IMG/VR virus record: IMGVR_UViG_3300045988_009996
Span: 1 to 41,315 of that record
Source of the DNA: a virus
DNA: 41,315 nucleotides
Direction: 5' to 3' (one strand)
Shown here piece by piece: positions 23,526 through 30,718 of the stretch. Under the pieces are notes generated by a model, which worked only from the letters and a program-made list of their open reading frames with translations, searched no databases and had not been told where the DNA came from. The translations under genes and the position numbers were made by a program. How positions within the stretch are numbered: the first letter of the stretch is position 1; each line of letters opens with the position of its first letter.

Positions 23526-23882
23526 ATGGATGCTATAGACAAAATCAATTTTTACTTGAGTAAAAAGGGCAAAAACGGAGCCGATTTAAGCCGCGCATTA
23601 GGGCTATCAAATAGCATTTATAGCCAATGGAACACGCGGAAAACTAAGCCGTCAAATGTTCGACTTCCCGCTATTGCCGAATATCTCGGCGTCTCCGTAG
23701 AGGACATTATGCCGGACGATGTAGCCGCCCCCACAGCTTCGGAGGGCGCAAAAAAAGCCCCCGATCCGGAGATCGAGGGCGGGAGGGAAGCTGTATCAAA
23801 TTTTATCAGCGCCACTAATGATCGCGCCGCATTGCTTGCAATTATAAACGAAGCCACAAAAAAACTACAAGAAATGGAATAA
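23526..23882 (+). CDS. XRE-family HTH repressor (CI-like, no peptidase domain)
   Basis: MDAIDKINFYLSKKGKNGADLSRALGLSNSIYSQWNTRKTKP. Divergent from the cro-like gene. Confidence 0.7.
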   Translation: MDAIDKINFYLSKKGKNGADLSRALGLSNSIYSQWNTRKTKPSNVRLPAIAEYLGVSVEDIMPDDVAAPTASEGAKKAPDPEIEGGREAVSNFISATNDRAALLAIINEATKKLQEME

Positions 23883-23898
23883 TTACAGGAGGCAACCT

Positions 23899-24348
23899 AT
23901 GAAACTAAATCCCGATTGTATTCGAGATATTATGTTATTTTGCGAAAAATACACATATATCAAAACCGATGAGGTCGGGAATTTATTAGTGGCATCTTAC
24001 CATGTCCTGTACGCAAGCGAAATGCGTAAACTCCCACCGCTAAATTCATACGATGCAGGAGAGCTAATTTATCATATTATCCAGCTTGTCGAAAGCGGTT
24101 ATTTGGCATCTGATTTCCGCTTTGACCCGCTTGAAAATTTGAGGCATGGTGACACGCCGAAAATATACTATGTAACTCCCAAAGGACACGAGTTTATCGC
24201 ATCGATCGAAGAAAAAAAGAACTGGGCAAAGACGAAAAAAGTATTAGGCGCCATTGGATCGGTATCCCTGTCCGTAATTGAAACCATTTCAAAAGGTGTG
24301 GCCACAGTTGTTATTGAAAAAGCAATGGCCCAAGTTCCGGAGGGGTAA
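23899..24348 (+). CDS. DUF2513/YjcQ-like winged-helix protein with a hydrophobic C-terminal segment
   Basis: MKLNPDCIRDIMLFCEK... resembles DUF2513. C-terminal VLGAIGSVSLSVIETI. Confidence 0.5.
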   Translation: MKLNPDCIRDIMLFCEKYTYIKTDEVGNLLVASYHVLYASEMRKLPPLNSYDAGELIYHIIQLVESGYLASDFRFDPLENLRHGDTPKIYYVTPKGHEFIASIEEKKNWAKTKKVLGAIGSVSLSVIETISKGVATVVIEKAMAQVPEG

Positions 24349-24592
24349 TTTTGTAGCCCCCGTCTTCTTCTTCGACTTCAAATTTTTGTGGGGAAAAAGC
24401 AGCTCTACCCATGCTGATTTGGTTGCTTGCCTTAATTGCCTGGTATAAGCAAGCCGGAACATATTCCGCGTCGCTTTCGGTAAGGCCAGCTTTTGCAATC
24501 ATCTCCATACAAAGATTTATTGCATTTACAATTTTAGCGTTTGAAAACCACATATTCGGTGCCTGTTTCATGTCAAATTTTCGCCTCCTCAT
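24311..24592 (-). CDS. Hypothetical small protein (86 to 93 aa, start uncertain)
   Basis: Convergent with, and overlapping, the 3' end of the DUF2513-like gene. Low GC. Confidence 0.4.
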   Translation of the reverse strand: MRRRKFDMKQAPNMWFSNAKIVNAINLCMEMIAKAGLTESDAEYVPACLYQAIKASNQISMGRAAFSPQKFEVEEEDGGYKITPPELGPLLFQ

Positions 24593-24593
24593 T

Positions 24594-24767
24594 TCAGTTG
24601 TAGAATCCGTTTTCTTTTAACATAAGAAGAATTTCGGCACAAGCGTCATCCGGAAGTAAGCTAATTTTCTCAAGAGCTATATCCCTCAAATTTTCGATGT
24701 CGCATTGCGTATGCCGGCTGGCTCCATTAATTATACAATAAATCGGAGCATTTGCAAAGTCCCCCAT
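24594..24767 (-). CDS. Hypothetical small protein (57 aa)
   Basis: Manual translation MGDFANAPIYCIINGASRHTQCDIENLRDIALEKISLLPDDACAEILLMLKENGFYN. AAGGGGAAAG RBS. Confidence 0.4.
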   Translation of the reverse strand: MGDFANAPIYCIINGASRHTQCDIENLRDIALEKISLLPDDACAEILLMLKENGFYN

Positions 24768-24786
24768 TTTCTTTCCCCTTCTTAAT

Positions 24787-24814
24787 TTGATTCTTTGAAG
24801 ATTAAGAGTATAAT
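24787..24814 (+). promoter_or_regulatory. Sigma-70-type promoter (TTGATT, 16 nt, TATAAT)
   Basis: Counted directly from the sequence. Confidence 0.5.
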
Positions 24815-24929
24815 ACTATTTATACATCTCTACCTATTGCGAAAAAGTCCCGATTGTTGCATAGATGTGTGCAACAAATTGAAAAATATTTTTTTGGGAG
24901 TGTTTGCCTATGGGGATGCTGTATATTTT

Positions 24930-24967
24930 ATCCCCACCGCCCCCGCACCGGACGGTGGGGATTTTTT
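24930..24967 (+). terminator. Strong intrinsic terminator
   Basis: ATCCCCACCG...CGGTGGGGAT followed by TTTTTT. Confidence 0.7.
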
Positions 24968-25114
24968 GCCGCCTATCGCCGTCATCGGCTCTTGGCCGCA
25001 TACCCACAGTATCAGTTTAATGTTTGGCAAGTCAATCCAAAAACCGGATAATATACGATTAGCCGATAAAAATAAGCGGAGAGGTTTGCCCGAAATAAGG
25101 CAGGAGGGAAAGGA

Positions 25115-25771
25115 ATGGAAAAAACTTTGCAGGATATTTGCAGAGAGGCAAAGGAGTACCAGCATCTTACCACGCAAGACTTAGCCGATTTAACAGATCT
25201 GTCATCGTCCACGATCAGCAATTACTTTTCTGCGTCGTCAAAGGATCCAAGCCTATACAAAATGGGGCTTATATGCGCCGCCCTCGGTGTGTCTATAGAT
25301 GAGTATTTTGGTATCGTAAAGAGACCAACCACGGAAGAGCAGCTGGCAGAGGCACACAGAGCAATGGCCGATGCAGATGCAAAGCATAGCGCAGCCCTAC
25401 GCATTGCGCACTTGGAGGGCGGCATGGAGCAACTGACCGGCTCAGTGGCAAAGCATGAAAAAAAGGAGCGAGTATTGCAAATTTGGGTGTATATCCTGGC
25501 GTTTTCGTTGTCAATTTCCGTATCCATAATATTGGGATATTTGGCGTTTGACTCAAGCGTCCCGCAAACAGGGCTTATCCGCAACGGGAAGATTACATCA
25601 CTCGGCTGGATGCTATTTGCGCTGCTTGCGGTAGGCGTCGGTGTAATCATTGCTGCGCTGATAAATGCACTGCGATATTACAGGAGCCATCAAACCGATA
25701 AAAATATAGGGCAGGAGGATAAAAATGGGAAAAGCAATGAGGAGGGCCAACGGAACCGGGACGGTGTATAA
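25115..25771 (+). CDS. Membrane-anchored XRE-family HTH protein
   Basis: N-terminal HTH LTTQDLADLTDLSSSTISNYF, a central helical region, then two hydrophobic segments (IWVYILAFSLSISVSIILGYLAF and LGWMLFALLAVGVGVIIAALI). Overlaps the integrase start. Confidence 0.6.
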   Translation: MEKTLQDICREAKEYQHLTTQDLADLTDLSSSTISNYFSASSKDPSLYKMGLICAALGVSIDEYFGIVKRPTTEEQLAEAHRAMADADAKHSAALRIAHLEGGMEQLTGSVAKHEKKERVLQIWVYILAFSLSISVSIILGYLAFDSSVPQTGLIRNGKITSLGWMLFALLAVGVGVIIAALINALRYYRSHQTDKNIGQEDKNGKSNEEGQRNRDGV

Positions 25772-26726
25772 GCTCGCCGGCCGCCGCCGCAGGCCCTGGG
25801 TGGCCGCAAAGCAAAAAATCATTATAGGATATTACCCCACCAAAAAAGATGCTATAGCGGCGCTGGAACGCCTTACAGGCAAGGATTTAACGGAACGGTA
25901 CAACATGACCTTTGCCCAAGTGTTCGACGCTTGGAAAGTGGAGCATTACAAAAAAATAGGGCCAATCGGTATAGAGGGCTATGACGGCGCATTTAAAATT
26001 TTTGCGCCTCTGCATGAGCGGAAGTTCCGGGAATTAAAAACCGCAGATTTCCAAGGCGTGCTGGATGCCCATATGCATAAATCCCATAGCACTGTGTCCA
26101 AGTATAAGCAGCTCATAACGCAGATGTCCACATGGGCCATGCGCGAGGAGATCATCACAACAAATTTTGCAAAATTCGTCCAGCTCCCCGAAAACACAAA
26201 AAAAGAAAAAGAAACATTTACCGATGCTGAAATAAGCAAACTGGAAGCGGAAGGCAGCGACACCGCAAAAATTATCCTCATGCTGATTTACACAGGCATG
26301 CGCATAGGGGAGTTGTTTTCCCTCCCGACTAAAGACTATCACAAAGATTATGTGATCGGAGGCGAAAAGACGGAAGCCGGGCGAAACAGGATCATCCCCA
26401 TCCGCCCCGAAGGGCTCCCATACTTTGCCTATTTTGCAAATAAGGCCACCGGCCCGCTGCTCATATCCGGCTATGCTGGTGAAAAAATCCCAGCAAACTT
26501 CCGCCGTCGGGATTATTACCCGCTTTTGGAAAAATTAAAAATCCAGCGCAAAACGCCGCACTCCACCCGGCACACCTATGCGAGCTGGGCGAGAAAAGCG
26601 GGGATTGCTCCGGAGACGCTACAGAGGATCCTCGGCCACGCCAACTACTCCACTACCGCAAATATATATGTCCATACGTCAGCGGAGGAATTGGTGCAGG
26701 CCGTTAAAAAGGCGAAAATTTGTTAG
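25725..26726 (+). CDS. int: Tyrosine integrase
   Basis: C-terminal HSTRHTYASWARKAG...LGHANYSTTANIYVH catalytic motifs. AGGAGG RBS. Confidence 0.9.
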   Translation: MGKAMRRANGTGTVYKLAGRRRRPWVAAKQKIIIGYYPTKKDAIAALERLTGKDLTERYNMTFAQVFDAWKVEHYKKIGPIGIEGYDGAFKIFAPLHERKFRELKTADFQGVLDAHMHKSHSTVSKYKQLITQMSTWAMREEIITTNFAKFVQLPENTKKEKETFTDAEISKLEAEGSDTAKIILMLIYTGMRIGELFSLPTKDYHKDYVIGGEKTEAGRNRIIPIRPEGLPYFAYFANKATGPLLISGYAGEKIPANFRRRDYYPLLEKLKIQRKTPHSTRHTYASWARKAGIAPETLQRILGHANYSTTANIYVHTSAEELVQAVKKAKIC

Positions 26727-26857
26727 TAGTTTGTTAGTTACCGACGGGAGCCAAGGCAGGCCTGTGCAAAATTACTCGGCGAAAAGTTGCAAAATCGCAA
26801 CAAATGCTGTTGTTTTTATTAACTTTTGTGCTTATATATTCAGAACGGGTATATTTG

Positions 26858-26899
26858 ACGTGCATGGGGTCACAGGTTCAAGTCCTGTACCGCGCACCA
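26858..26899 (+). other. attP core containing the 3' part of a tRNA gene (T-arm, acceptor 3' strand, CCA)
   Basis: ACAGG TTCAAGT CCTGT ACCGCGC A CCA. No matching 5' half is present upstream. Confidence 0.6.
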
Positions 26900-26902
26900 A
26901 AA

Positions 26903-26940
26903 AGTCCAGGAATCTCAAGGGTTCCCGGACTTTTTATTTT
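26903..26940 (+). terminator. Intrinsic terminator following the tRNA 3' fragment
   Basis: GTCCAGGAA...TTCCCGGAC followed by TTTTTATTTTT. Confidence 0.6.
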
Positions 26941-26982
26941 TGCCAAGATTAACTTTGTTAGTAATGTGTTAGTAGTAGCGAT

Positions 26983-27306
26983 TTAGGTTAGTTTTTTTAG
27001 GACGCTGTTATAAGCTTTCTCATTGACGATTTTTAGGGTGTCCATAAGCTCGTCCATGACTTCCCACGCCCTATCCTGCGCCACATTCCCGACCGCTTCC
27101 AAAAATTCACTGCCGGAGGGTTTTATTGTCTTGTCCGGCGCAGGCTCTGCGGAATACAGCATTGGGGGCACTTTCGCCTGCAGTTGCTCCCCGCCGTGCT
27201 CGTTACGGATAATGTAGAGAGCCGCCAGTTTCTCATAATTGGGCCAGCTTGATTCTTCTGTTTCCAGCCGTGCGATCCATAGTTTCAGCTCGGTTTCATC
27301 GATCAT
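26983..27306 (-). CDS. Hypothetical protein (107 aa)
   Basis: Start MIDETELKLWIARLE with a GGGGGA RBS. Confidence 0.45.
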   Translation of the reverse strand: MIDETELKLWIARLETEESSWPNYEKLAALYIIRNEHGGEQLQAKVPPMLYSAEPAPDKTIKPSGSEFLEAVGNVAQDRAWEVMDELMDTLKIVNEKAYNSVLKKLT

Positions 27307-27319
27307 GGGGAATCCCCCT

Positions 27320-27697
27320 TTAATTCTCCATAAGGCTGACAGCGCGGCGCAGGGCATCCCTGACGCGTTCGTCATCCGTTTCCCGCATCATGTCGTTTAG
27401 CTGGGTGCGCAGATGCTCCGCGCCATCCGCGCGGCTGTAATGTCCGCGCACATAGTGCGAGCCGCGCCGCGCGTAGGAACTGCCCCGGCCATAGGCGCCG
27501 CGCATATCCGCTTCCCAATCACCGCCGCCAGAGTAGCCGTCTGATTCCATCATGTCAATTTTATCTATGTTCTTGATGGTTGCTGTCAGTTTGTGGGCAA
27601 TTTCCAGGTCACCCGCACCCAGCTCGCCTTTTCGGGCCAGTTCGTCCAGCTCCTTGCAGAGCATATCCCGCAGTTCATACATAGATTTCATACCCAT
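27320..27697 (-). CDS. Hypothetical protein with a Gly/Tyr/Arg-rich centre (125 aa)
   Basis: GYSGGGDWEADMRGAYGRGSSYARRGSHYVRGHYSR flanked by helical segments. AAGGAGAAAG RBS. Confidence 0.45.
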   Translation of the reverse strand: MGMKSMYELRDMLCKELDELARKGELGAGDLEIAHKLTATIKNIDKIDMMESDGYSGGGDWEADMRGAYGRGSSYARRGSHYVRGHYSRADGAEHLRTQLNDMMRETDDERVRDALRRAVSLMEN

Positions 27698-27711
27698 TAC
27701 TTTCTCCTTTC

Positions 27712-28134
27712 TCAGCTCACGCGGTCCACGGTCAGATTGCTATTGGCAAAGCTGACCGCCTCCGCGCTGGTGTTCTTCGCCGCCACGGTCACGCAGCAGC
27801 CGCGCGGCACTTCCACGATGGCGCTGACGTAGACATTAAAATAGTTTTCCACCGCAGCCGGGGTGACGGTCGCCGTTGCTCCGTTGAGTGCTTCGCCGTT
27901 GACGGCAAGCGCCGTGGTGATCGCACCTACCGTGCCGCCCGTGGGGACGGCGATGTTTGCGCCAAAGCTCACCTTAAAGCGCGCCTTACACTGCTGCGTC
28001 AATCCGCGCAGGGTAACAAGGCCGCTGCCCTCACGGTGGACGATGCAGGGCTTCCCGCAAGACGCCGTGGAGACCATCGGAACATTCTGACCAGCAGGGA
28101 CGGTCACGATTCCGGGATTTACATATTCAGCCAT
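27712..28134 (-). CDS. Beta-rich protein resembling BclA C-terminal (C1q/TNF-like) domains, without a collagen stalk
   Basis: Alternating-pattern segments FKVSFGANIAVP..ALAVNGEALNG..VYVSAIVEVP..VTVAAKNTS..LTVDRV. Confidence 0.4.
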   Translation of the reverse strand: MAEYVNPGIVTVPAGQNVPMVSTASCGKPCIVHREGSGLVTLRGLTQQCKARFKVSFGANIAVPTGGTVGAITTALAVNGEALNGATATVTPAAVENYFNVYVSAIVEVPRGCCVTVAAKNTSAEAVSFANSNLTVDRVS

Positions 28135-28148
28135 AATTTCAGTCCTTT

Positions 28149-28183
28149 CATAAAATACAGCGGCAGGGCTATTGCCCCGCCGC
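28149..28183 (-). terminator. Intrinsic terminator after the 28252..28971 gene
   Basis: A 10-bp GC-rich stem with a 4-nt loop, followed by UGUAUUUUAU on the minus strand. Confidence 0.55.
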
Positions 28184-28251
28184 CTTTGTTTATAGTATCG
28201 GCACGGGGCCGACCATTTCCCAACATAGGGAAAAGCTACGCTATGCAGTTG

Positions 28252-28971
28252 TCAGCAGCCGCAACCGGCAAACTGGTTGCAGCAATAGGGGTTCTGCACC
28301 GTGTAGGCCGGAATGGGAGAGGGCCGCAGCTGCGAGACCAGATAGCTGTTCTGCGCCGCCTGAGACGCAGCCAGCTTCAAGCCCTGGTTCTCAGCCTGAA
28401 GGTCAGAGAGCTTGCTCTGCGTCAGGAAGTCGAGGATGGCGCGGCTGTTCTGGTTGTTCGCGTCAATGATGTCGCGTGTGGCGTTCTGCACGGTGTTACG
28501 CGTGTCACACGCCTGCGCCGCCATGTCGTAGCGCACCTGCGCGATAGCCGCGCGATTCTCGCAGCAGCAATTTGCGGCCTGCATCTGCATGGCGTTGAGC
28601 TGCTGCATCAGCGCCGCTTGCTGGTTGCTACGGGACAGCTCGGCCTGTGCAAAGCCGTTTGCCATCGCCATGTTAGTGCCGTTGACAAGCTGCGCCTGCT
28701 GGTAAAATCCGTCGCAAAGGCCCTGATTTACACTGTCGATCTTGCGCTCTACATTGGCAAAATCAGAGGTCAGCACATAGCCGTCGACCACGCCGCCGGA
28801 ATTGCCGGCGTTGTTTCCCCAGCCGTTGCCGCCCCAGCCGCAGAACACAAACAGGAAAAGAATGATGATCCACCACGCGCCATCGCCGCCGAAGCCGCCA
28901 AAGCCGCTGTTCATCATGCCGGTAGGCGCAACAGGCATAGTGGCCTGAACGCCGCCGTCAGAAAGAGACAT
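28252..28971 (-). CDS. Membrane-anchored Gly-rich, Q/N-rich coiled-coil protein with Cys clusters
   Basis: GFGGFGGDGAWWIIILFLFVFCGWGGNGWG TM segment. Internal ANCCCENR. C-terminus NPYCCNQFAGCGC. Confidence 0.55.
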   Translation of the reverse strand: MSLSDGGVQATMPVAPTGMMNSGFGGFGGDGAWWIIILFLFVFCGWGGNGWGNNAGNSGGVVDGYVLTSDFANVERKIDSVNQGLCDGFYQQAQLVNGTNMAMANGFAQAELSRSNQQAALMQQLNAMQMQAANCCCENRAAIAQVRYDMAAQACDTRNTVQNATRDIIDANNQNSRAILDFLTQSKLSDLQAENQGLKLAASQAAQNSYLVSQLRPSPIPAYTVQNPYCCNQFAGCGC

Positions 28972-29061
28972 AGTATCACTCCTTTGAAAAATTTTTATTC
29001 ATCAAATCGTGGCCACGATAAGATTCCTGTAAATAAGCAAACTCTTTGCTAATTTGTTTGC

Positions 29062-29280
29062 TTACTGCATCAGACTTTGAAACTGCTTTGCCATCTGCTG
29101 AAGCTGGTTGAGCTGCTGCTGGTTCAGCTTACCGCTCTGCAAGAGCTTTTCGACCTCCGCTTTGGGGTCACCCTTGAAATTTGCTTTGAACTGGTTGAAC
29201 TGCTGCATCATGCGCTGGAACTGGTCTACCGGTCCGGGCATCTGCCCGCCGCCCAGCGCGGCCATGAACGGATTAGTCAT
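29062..29280 (-). CDS. Q-rich small protein (72 aa)
   Basis: MTNPFMAALGGGQMPGP...QQFNQFKANFKGDP...QQQLNQLQQMAKQFQSLMQ. Confidence 0.45.
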   Translation of the reverse strand: MTNPFMAALGGGQMPGPVDQFQRMMQQFNQFKANFKGDPKAEVEKLLQSGKLNQQQLNQLQQMAKQFQSLMQ

Positions 29281-29716
29281 CGTCCTCGTCCTCCTCAACC
29301 TTGCGCTTCTTTTTCCCCTTTATTTCTCCCACAAGCGCCGCCAGACGGTCGAACTCCTCGCGGGTGACAAATTCCACGCCCGGCTTTTGCGGCGCGTTAG
29401 AGGCCGTTTCTGTGCGCTCCACGAGGTCGTAAATCTTGAGCGTCGGTTTTCCGCTTGCGTCTGCTTGCTTGAGGTAAACGGTGGGGGCTGTGGAATCCCA
29501 CAGTGCTACGGCAGAGTTGGGCGCGATGAGATAACCTCTTGCCTCCTGCTCGCCGCTTACCCACTGTACGCCGCCTTGTGCGATGGGGTTCTGTTGCATT
29601 GGCTGCGACATAGGCTGTTGTATGGGCTGCATCTGTGGTTGCTGCATCTGCCGCATCTGCATGAGGTTGTCCGGCATCGGCTGCGGATAATAGGGGTTGA
29701 AATAGGGATATGCCAT
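29273..29716 (-). CDS. Protein with a P/Q/M-rich N-terminus and an acidic/basic tail (147 aa)
   Basis: MAYPYFNPYYPQPMPDNLMQMRQMQQPQMQPIQQP..., then a globular segment, then KGKKKRKVEEDEDDD. Confidence 0.45.
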   Translation of the reverse strand: MAYPYFNPYYPQPMPDNLMQMRQMQQPQMQPIQQPMSQPMQQNPIAQGGVQWVSGEQEARGYLIAPNSAVALWDSTAPTVYLKQADASGKPTLKIYDLVERTETASNAPQKPGVEFVTREEFDRLAALVGEIKGKKKRKVEEDEDDD

Positions 29717-29718
29717 GT

Positions 29719-30102
29719 TCATTCCTCCGTTTCTTTGTCCCAGAAATAAAGCGGGATTTCGTTCTCGCTGTTCCAGCTGTCATAGATAATCCCGTCCTGA
29801 ACGCACACTACATGCCCAGAGAGGGCAAGAATATAAGTCCCGCGCGGGTGCTCATCGGCAAACCTGCCGACCGTGTAACAGTCCGGGCAAGTGTCCGGTA
29901 TGATGTATCTCCGGTAGCCTAAGGACCGCAGATACGCACCCCAACAGGCGTTTGCATTGGGCAAGTCGCCGTCCAAGTAGCCCCGCATGCACAGCCGGAG
30001 ATAAATTTCTCCCCAATCCTTTCCCGTGGCCCTACAGATCGCACGGACAGTGCAATCGGACACGTTTTTCCCGCAGGGGTTTGGATTAAAATATTTATAC
30101 AT
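29719..30102 (-). CDS. Putative papain-fold cysteine peptidase/amidase-like protein (127 aa)
   Basis: Ordered Cys (NVSDCTVRAI), His (LSGHVVCV) and Asp (YDSW) in a small globular protein. Confidence 0.4.
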   Translation of the reverse strand: MYKYFNPNPCGKNVSDCTVRAICRATGKDWGEIYLRLCMRGYLDGDLPNANACWGAYLRSLGYRRYIIPDTCPDCYTVGRFADEHPRGTYILALSGHVVCVQDGIIYDSWNSENEIPLYFWDKETEE

Positions 30103-30235
30103 GATTGCAATCCCTATATAGGCTTTCAGCAATTTCCACATACGCTAAAAGCCCCTGGGGATCGTCTGCGTACAGAATGCAAATATCCTGCGCCATTTGC
30201 GCGGTAAACCCGCATTTGATTAAGCGCTCGTACAT
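30095..30235 (-). CDS. Hypothetical small protein (46 aa)
   Basis: Manual translation MYERLIKCGFTAQMAQDICILYADDPQGLLAYVEIAESLYRDCNHV. AAGGAGG RBS. Overlaps the next start. Confidence 0.4.
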   Translation of the reverse strand: MYERLIKCGFTAQMAQDICILYADDPQGLLAYVEIAESLYRDCNHV

Positions 30236-30254
30236 ATTCCCGCCTCCTTGCCTC

Positions 30255-30293
30255 TATAATAAAAGAAATCCGGGCAAATAAACTGCCCGGATT
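30255..30293 (-). terminator. Intrinsic terminator or attenuator immediately upstream of the accessory cassette
   Basis: AAUCCGGGCA..UGCCCGGAUU followed by UCUUUUAUUAU on the minus strand. Confidence 0.5.
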
Positions 30294-30350
30294 CTGCCTT
30301 GATTCTGCAATAATGTAGTTACAGTGTACACCAATTGTGTGCAAAAACGA

Positions 30351-30385
30351 AAAATAGCCGCACCCTTTTTGGGTGCGGCTATTTT
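30351..30385. terminator. Bidirectional intrinsic terminator
   Basis: AAAATAGCCGCACCC-ttttt-GGGTGCGGCTATTTT. Confidence 0.6.
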
Positions 30386-30621
30386 TAGGAATTGAATGCA
30401 TCCGCCAGTTTTTGGTATGCGCGGCGGCGCAGTTTGTAAAATCCATCTACGCTGATATGTAGTTTTGCCGCCGTCTGTACGCAGGTGCGGCCAAAAATGT
30501 CTACGTCAATTACACAGGTTTCCTCGTCTTCCGGTAGCCCTACCGCACGGATTGTTTCTGTGGCGCGGCATGGTGCCATAGTGGATAGTTTTTTGCGGAT
30601 CCTTTTGTGCTGATCTATCAT
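30385..30621 (-). CDS. Small sigma-70 region-4-like HTH protein (start uncertain)
   Basis: CVQTAAKLHISVDGFYKLRRRAYQKLA resembles a region 4 HTH. Confidence 0.4.
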   Translation of the reverse strand: MIDQHKRIRKKLSTMAPCRATETIRAVGLPEDEETCVIDVDIFGRTCVQTAAKLHISVDGFYKLRRRAYQKLADAFNS

Positions 30622-30718
30622 TTCCCACGGTGTGCCGTGGAGGTGCGGATGTTTATGCACGGGCGTTAGGCCGGCGTAGCGGTGTCCTCTGCGCCCTCCA
30701 GTGGATTTATTTTACCAC

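Noticed and set aside
24795-25184. 129-aa plus-strand ORF (TTG start) and overlapping 65-aa ORF upstream of the membrane XRE gene
   Set aside because: Both read straight through a strong intrinsic terminator hairpin and lack RBSs. The downstream gene has its own clear RBS at 25100..25108.
26858-26899. Possible complete tRNA gene next to the integrase
   Set aside because: Only the T-arm, the acceptor 3' strand and CCA are present. The upstream sequence does not supply D or anticodon arms, so I interpret it as the attP core rather than a functional tRNA.
28036-29052. 338-aa plus-strand ORF
   Set aside because: It is antisense to two minus-strand genes that have RBSs and a terminator between them. 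It would read through that terminator, and its composition is not protein-like.
30126-30446. 106-aa minus-strand ORF
   Set aside because: It crosses two terminator hairpins and overlaps the better-supported 46-aa and HTH genes. It has no RBS.
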